A DNA stretch of 61,387 bases from a virus (IMGVR_UViG_3300028103_000018:1-61387); one strand, 5' to 3'; numbered from the stretch's first letter, positions 36,569 to 45,114 are shown. Notes: a model not told the origin generated them from the letters alone. Translations and numbers: made by a program.

Positions 36569-39122
36569 TGCCTCCCATGGAGTCCATCCTGGCTAAGATC
36601 TCCGCAATCTTGGCCTTTGCCATGTCGTTTTCGGTCTGAATCCGCTGCATTTCGGCCTGGATCCTGGCCTCAGACTCCTGGCGCTCCTTCTGGAGACGCT
36701 GAACGTCGAGTTGCAGCTTCTGATTCTCTAGCGCCAGTTCACTTTGGGTCTGCTGTGCGCGCTGTGCAGCGGCCTGCTGGGCAACCTGAGCCTGAGATTG
36801 AATCCTAGCGCTCTCCAATTGAGCCTTCGTCTGGTTCTTGACGATCTCAAGCTGGGCTTTCTGCTGCGATTCCTGCGCCTTCTGCTGCAACTCAGCCTGC
36901 TTGATCTGCAACTCAGCCTGCTGAAGCTGCATAACGGGGTCCTGAGCCTGCTGCTGGAACTGCTGTTGCTGCTGTTGAGCCTGCGCCTGCTGCAAGAGCA
37001 TCTGCGAAGCATCGGCAATAGCCTTGGAGAGATTGGATTCAATATCCCCAGGCATGGGTTCTCCCGGCGCGGGAAGCGGGATACCCAGCTTCTGCTCGAT
37101 CTGGGCGCGATATGCAAAGCCTACATGCTCTGCAATGTGCGCCATGAACGAAGCAAAGATAGCGTTTGCCTGAGGATTCTGTCCCAACTGCTGTTGGACG
37201 GAAGGATTCTGCACATACGCCATGTGCGCCTTGATGTGCGACTCGTGATCCTGCACCTGATAAGCCTTCGCAGGCTTCATGTTGGTGAGGTTCAGGTTCT
37301 CTGAGATTGGATCGAGGAGTGGGGCATCCATCTTCTCAGGGATAATCTTCTTCACATCCTTAACACCCAGGACTTCCAGCATCTTCCGATGCAACTCAGG
37401 CAGGTCGTAGAACTGCGGCGCTTGCGCGGCGAGTTGGATTGCAGCCTGATACTGCATCACCCGCTGCGACATCGTGGCCGCATTCGGATCAGAGACAGGG
37501 ATCACATCGATACGGTCGTCAAAGTCAGACCGCTTATCCCCATTCATCTTCCCGAAGTCAATCTTGTAGCGGCTGGAACCGCTGTCACGGATAACCCGAA
37601 CGAGAATAGCGAACTCGTCCTGGAGAGAAGCGTGAAGTCGAGCCTGAATGGCGCTCATGACCTTCAGCGCCCGCTCCATAATCGCCAGAGTTGTGCCTAC
37701 TGGCGCTTGCGAATTGACATCCCCAATCTCAGCGTCCGCGATAGAAGCGAGTCTGCGGCCATCCTCCACCACGTTTCCGAGGAGTTGGAACAGTGTCTGC
37801 GATGGCTCTTTATAAGGAAGAGGGTAAAGCGACCTCGCAATGTCCCCGTTAGCGACATCAACGTCTCTCCATTCACCCGGTTGGATCGGAGAATCGTCTC
37901 CGGCAACCCGCATCCCCTTTGCCTTCAGCCCGCCAGGAAGATTCGAGAGAGTGCCGGAATCAATCAACTGGCGCAGAATGGCAGTCGAAGCCTTCGCATT
38001 AGCGCCGATCAGATGGATCAACCCGTAGCCGTACGCCCCAATCCCAGGGACATAGTTGTAGGAGGAGAACCAGATCAGCTTGTTCTTCTTGGGATCTTCT
38101 TCGTCCCAGTTCTTGTAGACAGAAAGGACCTTGCCGGAAGACTTGTCTACAGTGACGACATAAGGTAATGCAATGCCAGTAGGGCTACCATCATCGTCAG
38201 TATGCTCCAGGCCAGGAATATCGAGATCGATATGAGCCTCAAGAAGAGTAACGGATTCCTCGTCGCCCTGCTTGTACTCGTAGCTAACCTTGTCAATCTT
38301 GTCCTGAAGCTGAGAGTTGGATTCGTAGTCAGGCTGGATGTCAACATCGCGATAGAACCCAGTGTACTGTAGCTTCTTGACTTCGTTGATGTTCTTTGTA
38401 AGGACATGGATATACCTGCTGGCCGTCTTGAGAGACGTAGCGCCATACGGCATAATGAAGTCCTGCGCCGGAACATACTTTACCTCAGGCATGTCCGTCA
38501 GGGGATCGAAACAGATCTTCTTGAAAGCAGACCCACACAGCGCCAGACCGAAGAGCATGCGCTCGGTCTCTGGGCGGTAGTCCTTCAACTCCTGGGTCAG
38601 CAGATAGTTGAGATCCGTCTGGATGCGCAGCGCCTGATCTTCCTTCTCGTCAGTGACCTCGCCAATGATCTGAGTCTTTACCGGGCCAGATGCCGGGAAG
38701 ATCTCCATGATGGCGTTGGACTGGAAGCGGACAGCCGCCTCCATGATCATGTTGTGGTACAGCCCACAAGCGCCAGCCCAAGGCTTGTTCCTGTCCTCGG
38801 TCTTTACCCCGAGGTAATCGAGGCCATCCTTATATGCACGCTCCCAGTCCTGCCGGGAGTTCAGGTCCTCTTGAAAGACATCCTGGATCTTGCGACCGAT
38901 AGAGGCAAGCTCAGAGTCGTCGATATGCTCTGCGAGGTTCGCGGAGTGGGGGAGGTCGCCCAGTGACTCTCCCCCTTCCTCCGGCGGTCCGAATTCGATG
39001 ATCATGCCACCGTCTTCGGTTTCGATAGACACAGCCTCTGGATTTAGAACACCGATTTCAATCTCGGCGCTCTCTTCAACTTCAGGACCGAAGTCCATTT
39101 CATCAAGAGGCTTGTCAATCAT
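36549..39122 (-). CDS. Portal protein (P22-like, long C-terminal coiled coil)
   Basis: H.ANLAE, SR.DWE, PW.GACG..H, LRQLID.GTLSNLP.G.K; Q-rich barrel. Confidence 0.9.
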   Translation of the reverse strand: MIDKPLDEMDFGPEVEESAEIEIGVLNPEAVSIETEDGGMIIEFGPPEEGGESLGDLPHSANLAEHIDDSELASIGRKIQDVFQEDLNSRQDWERAYKDGLDYLGVKTEDRNKPWAGACGLYHNMIMEAAVRFQSNAIMEIFPASGPVKTQIIGEVTDEKEDQALRIQTDLNYLLTQELKDYRPETERMLFGLALCGSAFKKICFDPLTDMPEVKYVPAQDFIMPYGATSLKTASRYIHVLTKNINEVKKLQYTGFYRDVDIQPDYESNSQLQDKIDKVSYEYKQGDEESVTLLEAHIDLDIPGLEHTDDDGSPTGIALPYVVTVDKSSGKVLSVYKNWDEEDPKKNKLIWFSSYNYVPGIGAYGYGLIHLIGANAKASTAILRQLIDSGTLSNLPGGLKAKGMRVAGDDSPIQPGEWRDVDVANGDIARSLYPLPYKEPSQTLFQLLGNVVEDGRRLASIADAEIGDVNSQAPVGTTLAIMERALKVMSAIQARLHASLQDEFAILVRVIRDSGSSRYKIDFGKMNGDKRSDFDDRIDVIPVSDPNAATMSQRVMQYQAAIQLAAQAPQFYDLPELHRKMLEVLGVKDVKKIIPEKMDAPLLDPISENLNLTNMKPAKAYQVQDHESHIKAHMAYVQNPSVQQQLGQNPQANAIFASFMAHIAEHVGFAYRAQIEQKLGIPLPAPGEPMPGDIESNLSKAIADASQMLLQQAQAQQQQQQFQQQAQDPVMQLQQAELQIKQAELQQKAQESQQKAQLEIVKNQTKAQLESARIQSQAQVAQQAAAQRAQQTQSELALENQKLQLDVQRLQKERQESEARIQAEMQRIQTENDMAKAKIAEILARMDSMGGNVGPTI

Positions 39123-39127
39123 TTCGG

Positions 39128-39418
39128 TTACTCTTCTTCTTTAGGGGCGGTGGCGACAGCGTCAGCCTGAAGCATGACCTGCCAAGTGTTCGGGTTATTT
39201 TCGATGGTAACCCGAATCAGGCCCACGTTATGACCAGTGGAGCCATTGTTGTACGTCAGGCAATACTGACGGGCTTCACCATCGCTGGGTTCAGGAAACG
39301 GGCCGCTCCACTCGGGAATGTAGATGGCAGCAACACCATTGCCAATGTTGGCAGCATTCAGTTGAGCGACAGTCTCATCGACTTGCGCCATGGTAGTCAG
39401 TTGGTTCGGATTGAACAT
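39128..39418 (-). CDS. Hypothetical protein between TerL and portal
   Basis: Fills the gap exactly; resembles an internal segment of the 1056-aa protein. Confidence 0.65.
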   Translation of the reverse strand: MFNPNQLTTMAQVDETVAQLNAANIGNGVAAIYIPEWSGPFPEPSDGEARQYCLTYNNGSTGHNVGLIRVTIENNPNTWQVMLQADAVATAPKEEE

Positions 39419-39420
39419 GG

Positions 39421-41949
39421 TCAGTAGTAGTCTGCTTTCTTTCTCGAAATAGGCTCTTCATCTTCATCAGACTGCGTTGAGATAAAACCGCCCTGTCTAA
39501 ATCTCAACAGAGCCTGAGTAGAACTGTCAACAAGATCATCGTGGTCAGAGTTTGGAAAAGAAGCAAACTGCTCGATAACCTCTTCCGCCCATCGCAACGG
39601 AGGAGCATAGACAAAGCCAGAAGCAAATATGTCGCTTACGGCATTAACACGAGCAATCTTGTCATTCCCTCGTGATGGAGTGTAATCCTGTATCGGTATG
39701 CCCATGCGGCGCATTTCAAAGACAAGGGGAGCGCCAGCAGCTTTTGCTTCGATGATGCAAGAGTCTGGCTTCCAATACCTGTACTCCTCCAGTGCCTTCT
39801 GCTTCAACTCTGGGAACTCTAGCTTGTCCTGGAATGCGTTCAGCAGGATGATGTTCGTCCGCTTCTTCCCGTCAGAGTCGCTGTCGTAGAAGACGCCCCA
39901 GGTCGTGCAGGCAGAGTAGTCCGAGCGGGTTCCCTTGGTCAGCGCCGTGTCCCAGCTTTGGATGATGTATTCGCAGTTTGGCGGGTCGTCCCTGTCCCAG
40001 ATCTTCCACCAGTCCCTCTTTATAAGCGCACCTTCTTCTGAGGTGGGATTCTGCTGGTACTGGGCAGACCACTTTGAAACAGGAAGTTCGGCACGGATCT
40101 TGGAGAGTTCGTCCAGAGACCAGAATTCAGGCCAGAGCGGCTGGCCGGAGGGCATGATGGCCGGGAACTCGATGACTTCCCACTCGTCCACGCCATCTCT
40201 CTGCGCTGCTGCTTTCAATATTTGCCCACAGAGATCACGCTTGCTCCAGCGCGTCATGACGACCACGATGGCACCTCCAGGCTGAAGACGCTGCCTGGGG
40301 CCTGATGTGTACCACTCATACACACCATCGTAGATTGCTGGATTTGTTGCAGCCAGAGTAGCTTCCTGTTCGGAGTTGTGGGTAACGACATACCCCCTGC
40401 CAGCCAGGAAGAGTCCATCTGGCCTATTCACGGTGATGCACTGAACGTCTCCCCGCAGGTCGGTCTTCTCGATCTTATAGGACCTCTGCCTCTTGTCGGT
40501 TGGAGTCCTGGTTCTCTCTCTCTTTCGCGGGAGCCTACAGCACCCGAACAACTTGAAGTTGACCCTATAGACAGTGGACTCGCTATACCCCTTGGCTTCG
40601 TATTGCTTGACCGACGCCTTGACCCCAAGGCTATGCACGAGTTCCCTCAGGCCAGAAGAGAGGAGGCGGTTCGTGTTGTTGAAGGAACACTGCCCGTCGA
40701 TGGTCACATTGCCATCAGAATCCATCAACCCCTGAATCAAGGAGAGGCGCTGCTCAACGGAAGATGTGAAATATTCCTCTGGGATGTGCTTGTTGTTGAG
40801 AACCCCGATGTCCCTCAACTTCACCATCAGCTTTAGAGCGCCAAAGGAGTACGGGTCAGCGTGATCTGTAGTCTCATACCCCGCAAGTTCAAACTGAGAA
40901 CGGATGAACTGAATATCGATGGTGTCGGCGCTTATCCTGCCCAAACTGGAAGTGCCGTTGCCAAGCCAGTAGCCGAGGACGTATGGGTCAATCGGCAGGT
41001 CCTTGTGCGGGTATTGAACCTCGTGGTGCCGAGGAAGGCATGGCCTGTTTGGCTTCGACCATTCCGCAAGCTCCCTGGCTGTCGCGTTCTTGACCTTGGC
41101 CTTCTTGATATTCGTGTCGGACATGTAGGGCCAGAGATGCCCGCCATCACACATGATGGATTCCCCATCATCCGTCGTCAGGCGATAGAGTTCCCTGTCC
41201 TTCCAGACCTCAGACTTCGCCAGCACCTCAACCGGAAGACCGTCAGGGCCGTACACAAAGTCGCCAACACGAAGCTCCTCGACAGTCTTGAAGCCATTTG
41301 GTGTTGGTATGCATTCAGTGGTAAGGAGTGCATGAGGGTCATCAATAATTAAAAGGTCACTCCCTTTACCACTTACAGATCCCCCGACGCCAATGGCAAA
41401 GTACTCACCCTGCTTACTGGTGTTCCACCTTCCTGCTGCTTTGGAATCTGATGACAAGGCGACTCCAGGGAATACTGTTTGGTAATGACTGCTACCCACT
41501 AGATTCCTGACCTTTCTACCGAACCCAACGGCCAATTCGGCTGTGTGAGAGGTTTGGATGATCTTTCGATCAGGATACTTCCCCAAGTACCATGCAGGCA
41601 AAAGATATGAACTGAATTCGCTTTTTGAGTGACGAGGCGCCATGTTGATGATGAGACGCTTACATTTGCCTTCAGCCACCCTCTCGAATGCGTCTGCCAT
41701 GATCGCATGGTGCCGACCAGGAATGAACGCAGGCCACATCTCCTTGACGAAGTCTATGAACTTGGTCTGGCACGCCTGGACCTTCAACTGCTTCTCATAC
41801 GCTTCCAGCAGGCTCATCAACTCCACCTGCTCGTGGTACGGCAGCTTCTTCGCGTTCTGGATGATGGTGTCGATCTGCTGCGGAGTGTACTTCCCCGCAA
41901 GGACATTCCTTATATTCACACCACCATCATCTCCCACCCAGTGCCACAA
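39421..41949 (-). CDS. terL: Terminase large subunit with intein
   Basis: MAPRHSKS (Walker A), LLIIDDPH (Walker B), QSWDTA and HDDLVDS nuclease motifs; likely start GTG 41919. Confidence 0.95.
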   Translation of the reverse strand: MWHWVGDDGGVNIRNVLAGKYTPQQIDTIIQNAKKLPYHEQVELMSLLEAYEKQLKVQACQTKFIDFVKEMWPAFIPGRHHAIMADAFERVAEGKCKRLIINMAPRHSKSEFSSYLLPAWYLGKYPDRKIIQTSHTAELAVGFGRKVRNLVGSSHYQTVFPGVALSSDSKAAGRWNTSKQGEYFAIGVGGSVSGKGSDLLIIDDPHALLTTECIPTPNGFKTVEELRVGDFVYGPDGLPVEVLAKSEVWKDRELYRLTTDDGESIMCDGGHLWPYMSDTNIKKAKVKNATARELAEWSKPNRPCLPRHHEVQYPHKDLPIDPYVLGYWLGNGTSSLGRISADTIDIQFIRSQFELAGYETTDHADPYSFGALKLMVKLRDIGVLNNKHIPEEYFTSSVEQRLSLIQGLMDSDGNVTIDGQCSFNNTNRLLSSGLRELVHSLGVKASVKQYEAKGYSESTVYRVNFKLFGCCRLPRKRERTRTPTDKRQRSYKIEKTDLRGDVQCITVNRPDGLFLAGRGYVVTHNSEQEATLAATNPAIYDGVYEWYTSGPRQRLQPGGAIVVVMTRWSKRDLCGQILKAAAQRDGVDEWEVIEFPAIMPSGQPLWPEFWSLDELSKIRAELPVSKWSAQYQQNPTSEEGALIKRDWWKIWDRDDPPNCEYIIQSWDTALTKGTRSDYSACTTWGVFYDSDSDGKKRTNIILLNAFQDKLEFPELKQKALEEYRYWKPDSCIIEAKAAGAPLVFEMRRMGIPIQDYTPSRGNDKIARVNAVSDIFASGFVYAPPLRWAEEVIEQFASFPNSDHDDLVDSSTQALLRFRQGGFISTQSDEDEEPISRKKADYY
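40375..41331 (-). mobile_element. Class 3 intein (319 aa) with LAGLIDADG domain, inserted after Walker B
   Basis: Begins ALLTT (Ala1), block B GGHLW, block F VQCITV, ends VTHN/S; LGYWLGNG and GLMDSDG motifs. Confidence 0.9.
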
Positions 41950-41980
41950 CGGTAGAATCTATACGAGGGGAAAAGGCTGA

Positions 41981-42265
41981 ATGGAAACTTCTTGGATCTC
42001 CATTGGGATCACCGCTTTGGTTCTGATCGTGCAACTCACGAACAGATACAACAAAGACGGAGCGGCTTCCGAGATCAACATCCGAAGCCTTGAGAATTCA
42101 ATCACCCAAGAGATGGCGAAGATCCAGGTCCAGATCGCCAAGCTACCCGACGACCTGATGACAAGAGTCGGGCAGATCTACGTTACCAGCGACAGGTACA
42201 TCGCTGAACTCGAAGGCATTCGCGCTAGGCTCCGCAACGTAGAGCAGTCGATCAACAATCAATAG
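41981..42265 (+). CDS. Membrane-anchored coiled-coil protein (holin/spanin-like?)
   Basis: Single N-terminal TM helix then heptads. Confidence 0.55.
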   Translation: METSWISIGITALVLIVQLTNRYNKDGAASEINIRSLENSITQEMAKIQVQIAKLPDDLMTRVGQIYVTSDRYIAELEGIRARLRNVEQSINNQ

Positions 42266-42271
42266 CGCCAG

Positions 42272-42305
42272 AAAAAAGGGCTTGCCCAATTCGTTGACAA
42301 GCCCT
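42272..42305 (-). terminator. Rho-independent terminator
   Basis: AGGGCTTG/CAAGCCCT stem followed by a T-run on the minus strand. Confidence 0.7.
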
Positions 42306-42356
42306 GTACACCAAACCGATAGGAGACTTTCGGAGCGCCCAGCCGTCAGACTGGAC
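42272..42356 (-). ncRNA. Candidate ~85-nt sRNA with anti-SD loop
   Basis: Extended -10 TGA-TAGGAT (42371-42363), two hairpins, loop AAGUCUCCUA, terminator. Confidence 0.5.
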
Positions 42357-42374
42357 AGACCCATCCTATCACAC

Positions 42375-42635
42375 TCATCTGCTTCCATAAACCCTGATCT
42401 CGTAGACCCCGTCCACGATCTTCATACCGTACTCTGAATCCTCTCCAGGCTCCACCAAGCAAGACTCAACCCAACTCATAACCTCAGTTCTTTCGTACCG
42501 GACAACCCTACCCTTGTACTTGAGATACGAAGGCCCGTAGCCTATACTGCGCCAGTGCTTCAGGCATGGGATTGAGATCCTTGTGTACTCAGACAACTCC
42601 TGTTCTGTCATGAGCATAGTGGCGTCTGGATTCAT
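42375..42635 (-). CDS. AlpA/excisionase-like HTH protein
   Basis: LMTEQELSEY..IS...LK.WR..G.GP.Y.K....VRY...V..W. Confidence 0.8.
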   Translation of the reverse strand: MNPDATMLMTEQELSEYTRISIPCLKHWRSIGYGPSYLKYKGRVVRYERTEVMSWVESCLVEPGEDSEYGMKIVDGVYEIRVYGSR

Positions 42636-42647
42636 AGACCGAGAATA

Positions 42648-42908
42648 TCAATACTCGATCTTGAAAGTCCTTCTGCCGTCCTTAAACCCCACATAGTTGG
42701 ACAGGAACGGCTTTCCTCCATTGAAGAGCTTGACGGTGTCAGCGAGGTGTTCCACCCACTCCTCTCCTTCCTTTACCTTCTGCTCTTCCCTGGCGATCTC
42801 TTCTGCCAGCGCCGAATCAATCTGAGTACTCGTCAGCTTGCCCATGCTCTTCGCCTTGCGCCGTAGAACTCTTTCGGCTTCTTGTTGAATCAGCTTGTCT
42901 CTTTCCAC
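42648..42908 (-). CDS. Hypothetical protein
   Basis: GTG start after SD GAGGAG; helical composition. Confidence 0.55.
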   Translation of the reverse strand: MERDKLIQQEAERVLRRKAKSMGKLTSTQIDSALAEEIAREEQKVKEGEEWVEHLADTVKLFNGGKPFLSNYVGFKDGRRTFKIEY

Positions 42909-43209
42909 CTTTGCTCCTCTTTGTGATCTTCCATCCCCCAGGCGGCATGCCGTACATGTACTCGGCGCACATGACGAGGTGGTCTCCCCAAGGCGAGGCG
43001 CAAGTCTGTCGCATAGCGGCACGCCCTTCCTTCAGGAACAGTTCCCACTTCGTCGGCTCCTTGCGCATGATGATCTTGCGCTTGAGTTCTGGGAACTCCC
43101 CGATAATCTCAGCCGCATCCCGATAGGGATTAGCGCCGGAATACAGGTCCTCTTGGTTCGCAATGAACTCCGACAGGCTCAGGGAGTTCAGCCACTCCTG
43201 GTATAGCAT
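42817..43209 (-). CDS. Hypothetical protein
   Basis: TACACT 6 nt upstream of ATG 43209. Confidence 0.5.
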   Translation of the reverse strand: MLYQEWLNSLSLSEFIANQEDLYSGANPYRDAAEIIGEFPELKRKIIMRKEPTKWELFLKEGRAAMRQTCASPWGDHLVMCAEYMYGMPPGGWKITKRSKGGKRQADSTRSRKSSTAQGEEHGQADEYSD

Positions 43210-43340
43210 GAACACAGTGTACTACTGTGGTTCATGCCGTGCAATAGGGGCTACTCGGAGGCGGATGAGATACCTCGGGGAAACCCCTATTGCACAATGG
43301 TTACCCCAGTCAAGGGTGAGCCTTGATTGTATCATTTTTA

Positions 43341-43368
43341 TTGACCAGAATCCCAACGCTGGTAGAAT
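43341..43368 (+). promoter_or_regulatory. Sigma70-type promoter facing the non-coding region
   Basis: TTGACC-N16-TAGAAT with TGn extension and an AT-rich upstream tract. Confidence 0.7.
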
Positions 43369-43374
43369 GGAATT

Positions 43375-43990
43375 GAGAGTCTGCTCGAAACTGCGGCTTG
43401 CCGCTGAGAACAAAAGGCAAACTTTTCATGCCGGTTACAACCAGTCCCGGTGTTGGTGCGAGGGGTTGCGGTGAGAGATGAGACCGATCCGCGTAGTAAA
43501 CTCATCAGCCAGCTCGGTTCAGACGCCCCGCAGTGAATCTGGGTGAGCCAGTAAGGGGTCTAACGGTCCACCGAAAGGTGTCCCAGGCGCAAGAGTCTGG
43601 ATGAGGTTGCTACGGAGGCATGGCCCCGATAGATTGTCCCGCTTCGTGGACTTGAGATAAGGGCGCAGGTGAAACTCCAGATCCGTAGCCGAGAGGACAG
43701 GTTGGTGCCACACCAGATAAGGCACCTGTGAAGTAGCGACGGTGGCTCCATACCGGATAGCCTAGTTCACAACGAGAGGGAGGTTACCTCTCGTGTGTCC
43801 ACGCTCTGGTTCACCACCCGGATAGAGGGGTCGGGTTGGTGCTTGAGAAAAAGGGGGGTGGGTCCCCGGGAGGGGGGAAGTCCCCCTCCCGTTATTGTCG
43901 CGCTCATGATCAAGCAGTCCGGCCCTCGTCCCTGAGGGTCGAGACAAGCGCGACGAATAACCAAGCGGGAAAGAGGCAAGCTGAACCTCA
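43375..43990 (+). ncRNA. Candidate large structured ncRNA (~600 nt)
   Basis: No credible ORF; about ten helices including long-range ones; GAAA and CUUG tetraloops; G-U pairs favour the + strand. Confidence 0.6.
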
Positions 43991-44007
43991 AAGACCCTCA
44001 AAGAAAA

Positions 44008-44085
44008 AACACTGTACGGATGATCCGCGCTAACGGAAACCGGGCTACAGGATCACTCTCAATCAACACTGTACGGATGATCCGC
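44008..44085. repeat. Two identical 21-bp direct repeats AACACTGTACGGATGATCCGC
   Basis: At 44008-44028 and 44065-44085; internal dyad CGGAT-G-ATCCG. Confidence 0.9.
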
Positions 44086-44195
44086 CCTGGCTCTAACCGT
44101 GCTACCGAATGCGAAAACCAAGTACATGCACTCGGGATCTAAGGCGAGTACCGTCCATTCTCCTAGATCAATACTTCTGGCGCTAAACTATACCT

Positions 44196-44474
44196 GTGCA
44201 AGAGACACAAGAGAAGAGAAAGCATCTCCTGCTAGACACAGAGGTTGCAGAGATCCTGGGCGCTTCTATATCCAGCGTGAGGAAGTGGAGACTCCAAGGG
44301 AGAGGGCCACGCTTTGTTCGTCTTGGTGGCGCTGTAAGGTACAGAGAATCCGATGTACTTGAGTATGTCGAATCTGGTAGACTGTATACTGAAACAGGCA
44401 TAGGCCGCACAAGGAGCAACCGTGGACACCTCGTTGAACAAAGACGCAATCGAGAGTCTTCTGAGAGAGAATGA
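44196..44474 (+). CDS. AlpA/excisionase-like HTH protein
   Basis: LLDTEVAEILG.S..SVRKWR..G.GP.FVRLGGAVRYR. Confidence 0.85.
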   Translation: MQETQEKRKHLLLDTEVAEILGASISSVRKWRLQGRGPRFVRLGGAVRYRESDVLEYVESGRLYTETGIGRTRSNRGHLVEQRRNRESSERE

Positions 44475-44697
44475 AGTAGCCAAGATCCTAAACATATCTG
44501 TTGTAAAGGTCAGGCTACTCAGAAGGTTTGGTGGAGGTCCAGAGTTCATCAGGATCGGTAAGGCAGTACGCTACCGAAGGGATGACATCCGGCGCTTCAT
44601 CGACAGTGCCACCTCATTCGAGACCATCTCCGGCAAGGTTGCTCCCAAGCGTGAGCCTATTACCCTGAGCGAAATCTTCTCCAAGGAAAGCGAGTAA
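44422..44697 (+). CDS. AlpA/excisionase-like HTH protein
   Basis: LLRENEVAKIL.IS......R..GGGPEFIRIGKAVRYRRDDI. Confidence 0.85.
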   Translation: MDTSLNKDAIESLLRENEVAKILNISVVKVRLLRRFGGGPEFIRIGKAVRYRRDDIRRFIDSATSFETISGKVAPKREPITLSEIFSKESE

Positions 44698-44701
44698 CGA
44701 C

Positions 44702-44902
44702 ATGGAAATTGGTCTGGCTAAGATCTCTGAGGCTGCTGCCTTCTTGAATCTCTCGAAGGCGATGGTGAACAAGATGCTGCGTGACGGGCGCATCCCGTCC
44801 AAGCGGTTTGGTAAGGTGTACCGGATCCCGTGGTCCTGGCTGCACGGTGAAGTGAACGGCACTCCGGTTGCCAAGCCCAATACGGACGAAGCTGCCGCCT
44901 AA
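44702..44902 (+). CDS. Excisionase-family HTH protein
   Basis: ISEAAAFL.LSK..V..M..DG.IPS.RFG..YRIP. Confidence 0.85.
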   Translation: MEIGLAKISEAAAFLNLSKAMVNKMLRDGRIPSKRFGKVYRIPWSWLHGEVNGTPVAKPNTDEAAA

Positions 44903-44916
44903 GCCGCTCCTCACAA

Positions 44917-44949
44917 ACAAGAAGCCCACCTTTCGGTGGGCTTTCTTGT
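44917..44949. terminator. Bidirectional terminator between convergent units
   Basis: AAGCCCACC-TTTC-GGTGGGCTT with A- and T-rich flanks. Confidence 0.8.
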
Positions 44950-45032
44950 GCGACTGCCCTGTTTCCAGAGCATTGTGCCACGTTTCCGTGGCGAGTGGTG
45001 GGTACTTCTATTGTACAGCATCCACCTGATTC

Positions 45033-45108
45033 TGGCGCTCCCGGCAGGATTCAAACCTGCGACCTACTTCTTAGGAGGAAGTCGTTCTATTCGCTGAACT
45101 ACGGGAGC
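45033..45108 (-). tRNA. tRNA-Arg(CCU), CCA encoded
   Basis: 76-nt cloverleaf: acceptor GCTCCCG/CGGGAGC, anticodon arm ACTTC-CTCCTAA-GAAGT, T arm GCAGG-TTTGAAT-CCTGC. Confidence 0.92.
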
Positions 45109-45114
45109 TTGGCA

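Noticed and set aside
43375-43990. Group I/II intron, tmRNA or RNase P identity for the structured region
   Set aside because: No interrupted gene, no recognisable group II domain V, and no tRNA-like ends or RNase P P4 consensus found by eye; needs cmscan to exclude fully.
44008-44085. Repeat-spacer-repeat as a mini-CRISPR (36-nt spacer)
   Set aside because: Only two 21-bp units, lacking typical CRISPR repeat ends; cannot be supported without a host repeat match.
6060-45040. Apparent over-representation of AGCGCC/GGCGCT
   Set aside because: Largely explained by Gly-Ala codon pairs; no consistent position relative to promoters; needs a k-mer test.
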